This document shows, in pieces, positions 48,001-63,035 of a DNA stretch of 64,000 nt (position 1 is the stretch's first letter; each line of letters begins with the position of its first letter). The notes beneath the pieces are model-generated. The model was not told where the DNA came from, made no database searches, and saw only the letters and a program-made list of their open reading frames with translations. Location: the NCBI RefSeq assembly GCF_009914755.1, contig NC_060933.1, one strand, 5' to 3'. A program made the position numbers and the translations under genes. This DNA comes from the human T2T-CHM13v2.0 reference genome, Homo sapiens.

Positions 48001-51000
48001 TGTTCTGCTTCACTGAGAGAATATAGATACTAGGGAGAGTCCTGGGGACCACTCCACAAGTGACCCGTAGGTAGGGCTCAAAAACATTTTTAAGTACTTA
48101 AGTGCTCTCACTGAAAGTTAAAACAAAATCTTTAAGTTCAATGTGAAATATTAAGAACTGTGGATGGTGAACACACGTTTGATAAAAGAGGATATGTTGT
48201 GTGTTTTTGAAGTCTGTGCCAAAAGAGAAATCTTCACAAGATAAGCTGTGTGGCTATATTAGATAAAGCGAGCTGAGACTCTTCCTTTTTGAGGAAGTGA
48301 TCATTCACGAGCAAAGCCACATGGTAGCTAGTCACCACTGTAAGTCTCTGAACAATAAAACAGTTCCTCTGGTGCCAGCTGGCTATTTCCATTTTGGGGC
48401 TATATATTCTCTATGGCTGTCTACCTGTTTCTAGCTCTAGCTCTTTCTCTCTCTCTATCTTTTTAATTACTACAGTTTCAACCTCTATTATTACTGGCCT
48501 TTTTTTTTTTTCAAAAAAAGTGTACTTTTGAAACATTAAACGAGCCCAGGATAAATTTTTTTTTTTTAAATGAACAACTTATGGATGGAATTAGAGGCAC
48601 TGGGGATTAGAATGACCACTTCTTACTAGAAAAACTCCAAAAAACAAACAAATAAACAAACAAACCCTAATAACATGGAGCCTTGATATTTTGTCATAGA
48701 ATGTCCCTGCGGAAATCAGCTGGAAAAAATGGGGAGGAGGCTTTAATTGGCACTCAGATTTTTAACATAGCTATACTTACTTCCCTTAGGGAAGTATTGG
48801 ATGAGAGGCTGCCTATCAAGTCTTGGTTTGAATATGGTTAGCTTTCCAGTCTTCAATTGTGGAAACTCACTGACAATCCAGCTGGGAAGCAATAGCTTAC
48901 CTACTGCTATGGGCTATGTTGGTTGCACAGTTTTTAAATGGTTTTGAAGTAAACATCAAAGAACAAAGAAAAAAGTCATGGTAATAAAATAAAAGCTACT
49001 CTTCACATTGGAAATATGTACTAAGCCATGTGGCATCTAGGGTTGAGAATAGATAAATCCTAAACCAAGGTAATAAACCTTATGCTTGTACATATTCTTA
49101 GTGTGTCACAAGAGTAGATTTTGGATAACAGGAGTTTGTGTTTAAAAATTTAAAGATATCAAAAAACAATATTGACTTTATAGCTATAAATGTACTCTCA
49201 TTCTACCTTTGTTTATCTTTCTTAATTATGTCTGTTTGCTTATTCTTTGAAAGGTGATATTTTTGTGTTTGAAGTGTTTTTTATTCTAATAGTCTAACTG
49301 TATTTCCTGAAATTTCTCAATTGAAAAGAATATGGTCAAGAATTGATAGGCAGATTTTTCTAATATCCATGTTTGTGCATATGAATATGGGGAAAGCAGG
49401 TACTATTATTAATAGAAAACCACTATTCTTAGTACTGACAAATTTATAGTTTACCTTTTTGCTCCTATTATTTCCTCTCTTTCTTTTCTGAATCTCATGT
49501 TCTTTTTCTCTTACTTTGCTGCTCACGTGTTTTGTGTAAATTGTGGGATGGTTCAAGAAGGCTAGTGCCCAAAATAATAAAGGCAAGTATGTGGCAGCTA
49601 GGGAGTTTACAGAGTGTCATTCCCAATTTGTTTGAGTGCTTAATAATAGAATAATAGTTAGTCTTCAATATTGAAAAGACATGAAACACTGGTAGATACA
49701 TGATCCACATAACTTCAAACCCAAACCTTGAAAAGTATATGTTTAACAATCAAGTTCACATATGGGAAGGACTACTGATACTTTGGAGAAATGAGTAGGG
49801 TAAGTAGAAGCATCACTGCCAATGTATGCCCATAATGCTAAATATAAAGAGATACAGGACATGGCATAGAACAAGGACAAGGGACAAAAGAAATGAGTTA
49901 AAATCACCCTTTTCACTTAGAAGTAGTCAACATCCCTGCAGAAACGATTTTAAAATTTTTCTCTGCTAATAAAAAAAAAATCCAAGGAGTTGTCTTAGAT
50001 TGTCCAATGAAATGCTCAGAGCAGGAAAACTGCAAGCCGGAAGGAGAAGTCTGTGGTTTGCAAATGCTCACCTATTGTCTGTGGCATTTAGTGTTCGGTA
50101 CACTGGCCAAGTTTCATAGAATGAGAATTATCATGATTTCATGTAATATTGTAAATAGTATGCTACTTCTGCCCTTATCTCCTTCTCTTTCACTGTCTGC
50201 TCCTTCCTATGCAACTATGTATATATTTGAATAAATTTTCACTCCAATGGTAGCATATACAAGCTGAATCTTAGCATGCATGTCAGGAAAACCATCCATG
50301 GAGTAAAGGTGAGGGCAGAAAGATGGTATCCACAGAATGGCTATAAAGATGTCTCTATGGTCTTAGTACCTGGATTCCAGTCTTCAGTGGACATGGGGCC
50401 ACATTAATAACCTTACTGGACAAATAATCTCACACCATGACTTTCCATACCATCAGATAGTCTTACTCAAGCCAATATATTTGTCCTCTGCATAGAATAC
50501 TTTGTGCATGAAAAGCCTATTCTCTGAGGAACAGCACTGAAGAAAGAATATCTTAAAAAAAGAAATATCAAGATTTGATTGAGAGAGTAGGCATTAAATT
50601 CTAGGATTTCTAAGTACAGGTAAATGTAAGTTGAAGGCCTTATTAACTCAAGGAAACCTAGGGAATTAGAGATGTCCTGAAGATTCGTTAAAGTATATTA
50701 AATAATGTTTTCATTAAATTATGATAAAATAGAATAATTTTTTAAATTTAGAGCTTGAAAAATAGTCATTTAATCTGTTTATTGGAATTCAATATTAGTT
50801 ATCTGGTAAGTATTTCTGAGTAACAGAAATCTTTAGTGGCAAAATCAATGAAGAGACTGAAATTGACAGAATGACTATGGGAGAGTGAAAAATGCTTAAA
50901 ATAAATTTTGGAAGGATATAGATAGAGGACTTCTGCTTTAGATTAGGTTGTTAAAGGATTCAAAATATTCTAATCCATTATATAAGAACAAAAACGGCAA

Positions 51001-51639
51001 CAAAATATTTTTATATGAGACTAATAAGAGCAATGCATTCAAGGAAGCTTTAATGAACTAAATTCCACAGAAAAACAAAACTCCTTATGGAATAGCAGAG
51101 AATTGCAGTGGTGTCTCTGGAAATGTGCAGAGGAAGTAATGGACATGTCATAAAAGGGGAAACTTTAGAAGGACAGGCTATATTCACTGAATACTGAATG
51201 GCATTATGATAGGATAGAGTATAATCCTGAAGATCCCCCAAAGCAAAAGCGTATCATTAGACCTAACAATTCACATGACACTGTCACTTTTGCCTTTCAC
51301 TCTGAAAGCAACAGTGGAGAAGGGATTGGAGAATGGAGAGAAATAATGTTGTCTTGGGCTTTCTCATTGTACTTGGATTCTGAGGCTCTGAATTAAATCT
51401 AAATGTGATCCAAAATTATAGGAAACTTCAGCCCCAATTTCTCCCAAATGAAATAATGACAAGATAAAACAGAAGCACAGCCACAGGAGGTAGTACGTCA
51501 GGCTAATGAGAGGTGAACTCAGCCTAGTTAAAATTGTTCCTGTTGTCATCTCAACTTGATGGGAGGGAGAAACCCTTCCTTATACACAAATATAGGGAAA
51601 TGAATTGTCTTGTAACAAAACAATTAAAATATTAACATA

Positions 51640-52671
51640 TTTCTGTCTTTTCAATTTTACAACATGTATAGAATAATCTAAGAACAAAAAGATGTATGAA
51701 GATTTATGAAAACTATGACCCAAATAAGAGAAAACACCATTATTAGAAGGCTACTCAGAGATGAACCATTCTGGAGTTAGCATACAGAACCCTTAAAATA
51801 GTTATTTTTAGTTTTGTTAAAAATGGCAGTAAAATATATAAGTAAAAATGAGTAAAATCAATACAGAAATGAAAATTCTAAAAATAGAATTAAAAATTCT
51901 ATAACTGAATAAGACAATATCTGATACCAGAAATGTACTGGATGGGCTTAAAAGCAAACTGGAGAAAGACTAAGTAAGGATTGCTGAACTTGAAAGTAGG
52001 CCAGTAGAAGTTATCAAAACTGCAATATATAGACAAAAATAATTTTTAAAAATTGATCACAATCTGTGGGATAGTAGTAAGCAGCCTAATATACATAATA
52101 TTGGAGTCTCATAATGAGAAGTATGAGAGAGAATAAGCAGACTCTCTTTAAATATAAGTATCATTTTCTTCTCCAAATTTGAGGGAAAATATTAGCTCAC
52201 CTATCCAAGAACTCAGAGCTTATCAATTAGGTTAAATATCCATAATAACCAAACAGTTGAAAACCAACAGTAAAAAGAAAAGACTACAAACAAACAAACA
52301 AAAAGCATCCAGAGAAAAAGACAGATTAAATACCAGCGACAACCAACACGAATTTTAGGTAGCTCCTCATTAAAACAAAGAAAGACAGGAAATAATAAAA
52401 AAATTTTAAATTGCTGAAAGAAAAAAATATATTTTAAATTCTTAATCCAGTGAAAATATACTTTACAAGTAAAAGCAAATAGAAAAATATTTATATTTTT
52501 TAAAAAGGTAAGAGAATGTGTATCAAGCTTACCTGGGCTATATAAAATGCTGAAAGAAATTCTTCAAGCTAAAGCAAAAAAGTAACAGATAGAAAATGGT
52601 ATCTCATTGCAAGGTTACGGAGTGAAAAATTGTAAGATTTGTGCAAATATAAAGAAGTACCATTCACTCTT
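51640..52671 (+). mobile_element. old L1M ORF1 region
   Basis: 'ctggatgggctta','ctgtgggatagt..cctaatatacataatattggagtctca','aaaatgctgaaagaaattcttcaagct'. Confidence 0.7.
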
Positions 52672-52687
52672 AAGAATTTCCGTGCCT

Positions 52688-54862
<2,175 letters not shown>

Positions 54863-54870
54863 AAGAATGT

Positions 54871-55021
54871 CCGTGCCTATAATCCCAGCTGCTCAGGAAG
54901 CTGAGGCATGAAGAATCGCTTAAACCTGGGAGGTAGAAGTTGCAGTGAGCTAAAATTGCCACTGCACTCCAGCCTGGGAGACACGGTGAAACTCCGTCTC
55001 AGAAAAAAAATAAATAAATAA
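54871..55021 (+). mobile_element. 5'-truncated Alu (right arm only)
   Basis: 'gtgcctataatcccagct..ttgcagtgagc..actccgtctca' plus A tail; TSD aagaattt. Confidence 0.9.
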
Positions 55022-55029
55022 AAGAATTT

Positions 55030-56055
55030 ATTTTAAAGAAAATTAACTATTTAAAGCACTAAATACGTAGAAGTAAAGAATATGACAATAACATAAAGGA
55101 TATTACGTGGTTCAACTAAAATACACTGTCATAAGGTTTTATTACATTGATGTAAAGTAGTGTAATATTACTTCAGGGCATACTCATAAATTGAAAAGAA
55201 ATGTTTTAATTATGATGGTGGTCACTGCAAATTTACAAACTGGTGCAGCTCAAAAGTCAATAAGAAATATACATGAATCATTCTTACAGATTACTCAATG
55301 CAAAAGAAGGAAGACAAAGAGGGAAAAAGAAACAAAGCACGGGAGGGATAGATAGAAATCAATTAGTAAGATGGCCAACATAAGTTCAACAATATTACAA
55401 ATTACATTAAATATAAGTGACCTAATCAATTATGTTCAAAGATAGAGATTGTCAGATACAATCTTTTTATCTGATACAAAGCAAGATTCTACTGTATGGC
55501 ATTGGAAAAAAGTTTTTTTTCTAAATATAAAAGGATAAGTTGGTTAAAAGTAGAAAGATTTTTAAAAACATGAAAATGATACTCATTATAATATGATTAT
55601 GTTAATAGTAGATACAGCAGTCCTCAAGTAAGTGTTACCAGAGGAAAAGATACCTCATGATAGCAAAAGAGGTGCTTGATTAAGAAAACAGTAGATTCTA
55701 AATGTATAGACCTTTTATTACAGCCATTCAAGGTAAATAAAGCAAAGTTTAACACATATAAAAAGAAATAAACTCAAATACAATTGTATTTAGAGATTCT
55801 AATATTTCTTCCCAATAATTGAAAGGATAGATAAAATATACTAGTATGAATATGAGAGATTTAAATAACATTGTGACTATAATAATCTATTATATATTTT
55901 GAAACTCCACACTCAACAAAGGCAGAACATACATTCTTTTCAAATGCAAATAAGATGCTTTTTAAGGTAGATAATATGCTAGGTCATGGAATACATCTCA
56001 ATAAATGTCAAATGACTGAAATCATAGAGTATGTGTTCTGACCACAGTGAAACTT
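55030..56055 (+). mobile_element. old L1M, inter-ORF region to ORF2 EN (resumes at about 59605-59875)
   Basis: 'aattacattaaatataagtgacctaa','gcagaacatacattcttttcaaatgca','ttctgaccacagtgaaa'. Confidence 0.75.
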
Positions 56056-57704
56056 CTAAAATTGTACATATTTAGGGTGTATAACATGCTGTTTTGAGAC
56101 ACATAATACATAATTAAATGATTACTATAGTTAAACCAAATAACATATTCACCATCTCATAATCACCTTTTTTTTGTGTGTGGTAAGAGCACCTAAAACC
56201 TACTCTTCAGTATACAGTGCAATATTATTAACTATATTCCTTATGCTGTACATTAGATGAATAGACTTACTCATTCTACATAACTGCAACTTTGTAGCCT
56301 TTGACCTACATCTCCTCATCTTCCGCCTGACTCCCACCCCATGAACTGGTCACCGTGTTCTAGTCTCTGCTTCTATGTATTTGATTTTCTTTTAGATTTC
56401 ATATATAGATGAGATCATGCAGTGTTTTTCTTTTGTCTAGCATATTTCACTTGGCAGAATGTCCTACAGTTTCATCCATGTTGTCACAAATGGCAGGATC
56501 TCCTTGTTTAAGTCTGAATAATATTTTTGTGTGTGTGAGTGTGTGTATACACCTGTGCATCTCACAAATTCTTTATCCATTCATTCATTGACCAACACCT
56601 AAGTTGCTGCCATATCTTGGCAGTTGTGAATAATGCTGCAATGAACATGGTAGTATGGTTATCTCTAAGAGGTACTGATTACTTTTCCTATGGGTGTATA
56701 CCCAGAAGAGGAATTGCTGGGGTCATATTGTAGCTCTATTTTTAATTTTTTAAGGAAGTGTTTTCCATAATGGTTACACCAATTTACATTCACACCAACA
56801 GAGTAAAGGTTCCCCTTTTTCCCACACACTTGCCAATACTTGTTGCCCCATGTCTTTCTGATAATAGCCATTCTAACAGGTGTGAGGTGATATCCCATTG
56901 TGGTTGTGATTTGCATTTCCCTGATGATTAGTAATCTCGAGCATTTTTATATGCCTGTTTACTGTTTCTATTTTCTATTTGGAGAAATGTCTACTTAGGT
57001 TCTTTGCTAATTTTTAAATCTTTTTTTGTGTCTTTTGCTATTTGGTTGTTTGTGTTTCTTTTATATTTTGGACATTAACCCTTTATTAGCTATATGGTTC
57101 ATGAATATTTTCTCCCAATCCATAGAGTGCCTTTTCATTTTGCAGATTATTTCCTTTCCTGTGAAGTAACTTTTTAGTTTGATGTAGTCCCACTTATTTT
57201 TTGTTGTTGTTGTTGTTGCCTGAACTTTTTATGTGAAATCCAAAAAAAAAAAAAAAAAAAATCACTGCTAAGACCAGTGTCAAGAAAATTTTCCCCTATG
57301 TTTTCTCCCAGGAGTTTTATGGCTTCAGGTTTTACGTTTGGGTCTTTAATTCATTTTGAGTTGATTTATTGTATGTGGTATATGATAAGTGTCCAATTCA
57401 CTATTTTGCATGTGAATATCCAGTTTTACCAATACCATATACTGAATTTCACTGTAATTTTTAACAAAACTAAAATAGTTATTCTAAAGGTTCTGTATAC
57501 TAGTTCCAGAACTGACCATCTCTGAGTGGACTTCTATTAATTTATTTCCCTTAATTTTGGGTCATACCTTTTCCCCACTGTCTTCCTATGGCTCTTGTCA
57601 AAAATTATTTGACCATGTATTCTTGGGTTCATTTCTGAGCTCTCTATTGGTCTATGTGTGTGTTTTATACCAGCACCATGCTGTTGTGATTATTATAGTT
57701 CTGT

Positions 57705-59228
57705 TTATTATTATTTAAAACCTTTATGGGTACATAGTAGGTGCATATATTTGTGGGATACATGAGATGTTTCAATAAAGGCATGCAATGTGAAATAAAC
57801 AGATCATGGAGAAAGGAGTATCCATTCCCTCAGGCATTTATCCCTTAAGTACAAACAATCCAATTACAATTCTTTAGTTATTTTAAAATGTACAATAAAG
57901 TTATTATTGAATATAAACACCCCATTGTGTGATGAAACAGTATGTCATATTCATTCTTTCTAATCTTTTTTGTATGCATTAACCATTCCCACCTCCTGAC
58001 CAGCCCCCTATTATCCTTTCCAGCCTCTGGTAAACATCCTTCTACTCTCTATGTCCATGAGCTCAATTGCTTTGATTTTTAGATCCCACAAATAAATGAG
58101 AGCATGCAGTGTTTGTCTTTCTGTGCCTGGCTTATTTCACTCAACATAATGAACTTCAGTTCCATCCATGTTGCTGGAAACAACAGGATCTCATTCTTTT
58201 TAATGGCTGAATAGCACTCCTTGTGTATATGTCCCACATTAAAATATGTATATTTGTCTGTTAATGAACACTTGGTTTGCTTCCAAATCTTAGCTACTGT
58301 GAACAGTGCTGCAAAAAACATAAGAGTGAAGATATCTCTTCAATATACTGATTTCCTTTCTTTTGGGTATATACCCGGCAGTGGGATTGCTGGATCATTT
58401 GGTAGCTCTATATTTAGTTTTTTGAGGCACCTCCAAACTGTTCTCCATAGTAGTTGTACTCTAAACTGTTCTGCACAATCTTTGTACTAATTTATATTCC
58501 CATCAACAGTGTACAAGTGTTCCCTTTTCTCCACATCCTTGCCAGCATTTTTTATTGCCTGTTTTTTGGATATAAGCCATTTTAACTCGAGAGAGATAAT
58601 ATCTCATTGTAGTCTTGACTTGCATGTCTGAGGTTGAATGCCTGTTTGCCATTTGTATGTCTTCTTTTGAGAAATGTCTATTCAAATATTTTGCCCAGTT
58701 TTTGATCAAATTATTAGATTTTTTCCTATGGAATTGTTTCAGCTCCTTAAATATTCTGGTTATTAATCCCTTGTCAGATGGTGTATTAGTCCATTCTCAC
58801 ACTGCTATAAAGAACTGCCCAAGACTGGGTAGTTGATAAAAGAAAGAGGTTTAATTGACTCGTAGTTCTGCATTGCTGGGGAGGCCTCAGGAAACTTACA
58901 ATCATGACAGAAGGTGAAAGGGAAGCAAGGTAGCTTCTTCACAAGGTGACAGGAGGAAGAAGTGCTAGTAGGGGAAATGCCAGTTGCTTATAAAACCATC
59001 ACATCTCATGAGAACTCACTCACAATCATGAGAACAACGTAGGGGAAACTGCACCCATGATCCAATCACTTGCCACTGGGTCCCTCCCACTATATGTAGG
59101 GATTATGGGAACCACAATTCAAGATGAGATTTGGGTGGGGACACAGCCAAATCATATCAGATGAGTACTTTACAAATATTTTATTCCATTATGTGGGTTG
59201 TCTCTTCACTTTGTTGATTGTTTCCAAG
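57705..59228 (-). mobile_element. L1MA (about L1MA2/3) 3' end
   Basis: 'tatgggtacatagtaggtg..agatcccacaaataa'; 15-bp TSD ttattatagttctgt / ttactatagttttgt at 57690-57704 / 59229-59243. Confidence 0.85.
58782..59159 (-). mobile_element. THE1 (C/D-like) MaLR solo LTR
   Basis: tgtattagtccattctcacactgct...gatttgggtggggacacagccaaatcatatca; 5-bp TSD gatgg/gatga. Confidence 0.95.
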
Positions 59229-59604
59229 TTACTATAGTTTTGTAGATATAATTTGATATCAGAAATGTGATGCATCAAACTTTGTTATTCTTTCTAAGGA
59301 TTGGTTTGGCTATTTGAGGCCTTTTTTGGTTGAATACAAATTTAGGAATTGCTGCTTCTATTTCTGTAAAATATATCATTGAAATTTTGATAGGGATTGT
59401 ATTGAATTGCATATAACTTTGGTTAGCACAGGAAGATCGTTCACCTCATTAGTTAAATTTATTGCTAAGTACTTTATTTTTTTCTATACTACCATAAGTG
59501 AGATCGTTTTCCTGAATTCTTTTTTCGGATACATTGCTATTTGTGTAAATAACTGCAACTGATTTTTGTTTGCTGCTTTTGTATCATGTCATGAATTGAT
59601 TTTA

Positions 59605-59875
59605 AAATTAGTAACATTAACATATCCTAAAAATTCCCCAAATGTTTGGAAAACAGACAACGTATTTCTAAATAGCCACTGTGCCAAAGAAATCACAAGG
59701 AAATTTTAAAAGTATTTCTAATTGAATGATAAATAAAACAACATATGAAATTTGTGGGTTACTGCTAAGAGATTTCTTAGAGAGAAATGCATTACATGTG
59801 TATATTAGAAAAGAAGATAGGTTGATATTCATTGATCTAAGATCAAAGAATAGAGAAAATAAAGAACAAATTAGG
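59605..59875 (+). mobile_element. old L1M ORF2 continuation
   Basis: 'ccccaaatgtttggaaa..tttctaaatagcca..gaaatcacaaggaaatt..aacatatgaaatttgtggg'. Confidence 0.7.
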
Positions 59876-60269
59876 GAATGTGGAAAGAGGTTTTAGTGTG
59901 GGCAAATAGTTGAGGGAGGGGACTCCATATGAGTATTCACAAGCTGGATAAGGACAGCTGGCTTGATTTCTTGATTTGACACTCATCCAATACAATTCCC
60001 CCCGCTTTCAATCTGCCTTTCTCTCTCAACCCCCCTCCCTCACTTCAAGCACATTCTTTGTTTGGTGAGCCATATAGGGTATGGTAGCTATAAGATCTCC
60101 AAACCCAAGTTAAACTGAGTGTGCTTTAACATCAGAGTACCCAGAAAATCTGGTTTATTTAAAAATCTTAGCTGCGATCAATCTGCTATAAATCTCAGGA
60201 ATATTAGATCCGGAGAACTGGCATGAAATACCAGAGAAGAGGAAGTGTTCTTTTAAAATGATGTAAAAT

Positions 60270-60565
60270 GCCAGGCACATGGCTGACTCCTATAATCCCA
60301 ACACTTAGAGACGGAAACAGGAGAATCACTTGAGGCTGGGAGTTTGGAACCAGCCTGGGCAATGTAGGAAGATCTTATCTCTACAAAAATACAAAAACTA
60401 GCTGGGTGTGGTGTCACATATCTGTGGCCCTAGCTACTTCAAAGGCTGGGGTAGGAAGATCACCTGAACCCAGGAGTTGGAGGCTACAGTAAGCTATGAT
60501 CCTACCACTGCACTCCAGCCTGGTGACAGAGTGATACCCTGTCTCCCTCTGCCCCTCACAAAAAG
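60270..60565 (+). mobile_element. AluJ
   Basis: diverged full dimer with J-type 'cccaggagttggaggctacagtaagctatgat..accctgtctc'. Confidence 0.9.
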
Positions 60566-60701
60566 ATTTTAAGTCCTCATGAAATATGGAAATATGTATA
60601 AATGGACTATATCCTAGCAGTAACACTCTATGGAATCTACTTTTTAAAGCAAGAGACCCCAAGGAAAGGCTATAAGGTAGCTTTTGAAACTGACTCTCAA
60701 C

Positions 60702-61051
60702 CAGCGGTCTCCAACCTTTTTGGCACCAGGGACCAGTTTCATGGAAGACAATTTTTCCATGGATGGTGGTAGTGGAGGGTCGGCGGGTGATTTGGGGATG
60801 AAACTGTTCCACTTCAGATCATCAGGCATTAGTTAGATTCTCATAGGGAGCATGCAACCTAGATCCCTTGCATACTCAGTTCACAATAGGGTTCCTACCC
60901 CTATGAGAAAATCTAATGCCTCTGCTGATTTAACAGCAGATAGAGCTCAGGTGGTAATGCTTCCTTGCCCACTGCTCACCTCCTGCTGTGCGGCCCAGTT
61001 TCTAATGGCATGAGCCAGTACTAGTCCATGGCAGGGGTATGGGGACCCCTG
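60702..61051 (-). mobile_element. MER1B (hAT-Charlie MITE)
   Basis: TIRs cagcggtctccaa / ggggacccctg; 'ccacttcagatcatcaggcattag'; 8-bp TSD ctctcaac/ctctaaac. Confidence 0.93.
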
Positions 61052-62874
61052 CTCTAAACAATAATGCTAATTTAACGACTACTTTCTGTTAGTCTCTCTT
61101 TGTATTATCATCTAATTATATTCATTTTCAAAACAGTGTGTTTCAATATTCTGGATTCCTACTCAGATTTTCCATTGTCTAGTAGTCACCAGTGATTACT
61201 CAGAAAACAATGATCCATGGATTGGAAATGAGGGAAGAAAGCTGGTAGCTGGGAAATTAAACAGAGTGACATTTCCTAGAGACTGGTATTCAAGAGCTTT
61301 TCTGTGTTGTCCATGTAGCTGCTCCATGCTTTCCTGAGATAATTACTTCAATCCCCTGCTTTTCTAATAAGACTCTTGGGCCTATATTTTTTTTATGCTT
61401 AAGCCCTGCATTGTGAACAGGATTTTTAATGTTAAGAGGAATTTCATCAAGAAACCTTATTCCAGAGAAAAACCCCAAATAAATCTGTTCAAGTTTTGTT
61501 GGAGAGAAAAATAAATTTCTGAGCACTCAAATGTGTGCAAAAATTAATAACAATTTTGGACTGTCTGCAAATAAGGGACATTATGGAAAGAGGGTAAACA
61601 CTTATAGGTATGGGAACCAGGAAACCCACCCACAGTCCATTATGTACACATGCAGATCCATTTGCTAACTAGACAGAGGAGGAAAGCTTAGCTACCTGCT
61701 AGAGCTGTATGTAGCAGACTTGGCAGACGTTGTTTACTTGCAATACAAGCCAGAGAAAGGGGAACACAAAAGGAGAGCCCATTCATTCCACAGTGTCACA
61801 TTATGTTGAATGATGAATGTAAACCTTTCTAGTGTACCATAAAATATTAACAAACTTATAGTAATGGATTTTCATAATAGACATCTTCTAAGAGAAAATA
61901 AGCCTAACAAAAAATAACACAATGTTGCAGGAGGATCTGAGATGTCGTAGATGTCTTAGTAGGAAGTAGGAGTTGTAAATAGGAGCATATTTTCTTATAA
62001 TAAACAGAAGGTGCCTATCTCTAGTATAGTTGAGCTGTGCTTCCCACTCGTATATATTTTTCATTTTTGTTTTGTTTTGTTTACCTGCAAGAGACAGGGG
62101 AAGCATACATTTCAGAAATGATATCACATTTTTGGTGTTTTTGTTTCCCCTTTATAGTAAGAGATAGTGTCAGTATTGATGTCTTTCTTGTATTATTTCT
62201 GTTTCTTGCTTTTACCCTTTCCTGGATTTGTGATGAGTTTGTTCAGTTAGTGCTAGTTATATGGTAAATATTTTACTCCACGGGCTGTATAATCATGGAA
62301 AAAATGTGTGTGGTGTTGTTATTAAGTGAATTTTAATCAGGAATGTCAGGATTTGAAGCAGAGTGAGAATAGGATGAAAAGATATGAGGAGGACCCAGAT
62401 TCCAGTTCCTCTATGGTCTGGATGACCAGGCACCGCTCAGTACTGAAAAGAGAAACTTCATTTCGCCCTTCTCTGACCTACTCTGTTTCTGCACTGGGCA
62501 GATGGCTTTGTCCATTGTCTACATTAGTATTTCGTGCTATTTTTTTGTGGCTATTAGGGGTTTCAATCTGAAGATGAGGACATTAATTTAGAGGACATGA
62601 TTTCAAGTGAATTCCCCAAGATCTGGGGATAATAAATGTACATATGCATTTTATTAAGCTTTAGAATTTCTTAGCTAATATGAACAAAAGTGTCTTAATT
62701 ATGTGAGATAGACTAGAGATTGAGGAAATATGCTTAAGTAAACTTTTTCAAGTTTCTTAAGAAAAGGAAAAGTAAACTTAAATAATTGCTTTTTAGGAGA
62801 TAAGTCTGTGTATCAAAAAATGTACAGGTAATTAGAAAACCTTGCGAAAACATTTCAAACTCTAAAACGTTATT

Positions 62875-63035
62875 TGCGACTTTTTTTTGTCCTCTGTGCC
62901 TTAGTTTTGCAGTTTATAAAATGGAATAAATATTGTTTCCTTCATAAAGTTACATTATGGATTGAACAAAACAATGCTTGTAAACTACTTGGAGTGCCTG
63001 GCAGTGGGCACAGACTCAGTAAATGTAAGTATAGT
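62875..63035 (+). mobile_element. MIR
   Basis: 'cctctgtgccttagttttgcagtttataaaatggaa..gtgcctggca..ctcagtaaatgt'. Confidence 0.75.

Larger units (their letters stand above)
56058..59600 (-). mobile_element. L1MA/MB element, 3' end at about 56060, interrupted by a younger L1MA and THE1
   Basis: antisense 3'UTR and ORF2 ([19 protein letters not shown]). Confidence 0.8.

Noticed and set aside
57242-57261. A20 run as a possible retrocopy tail
   Set aside because: Expansion of a native A run in antisense L1 ('atccaaaaaatca'); no TSD or body
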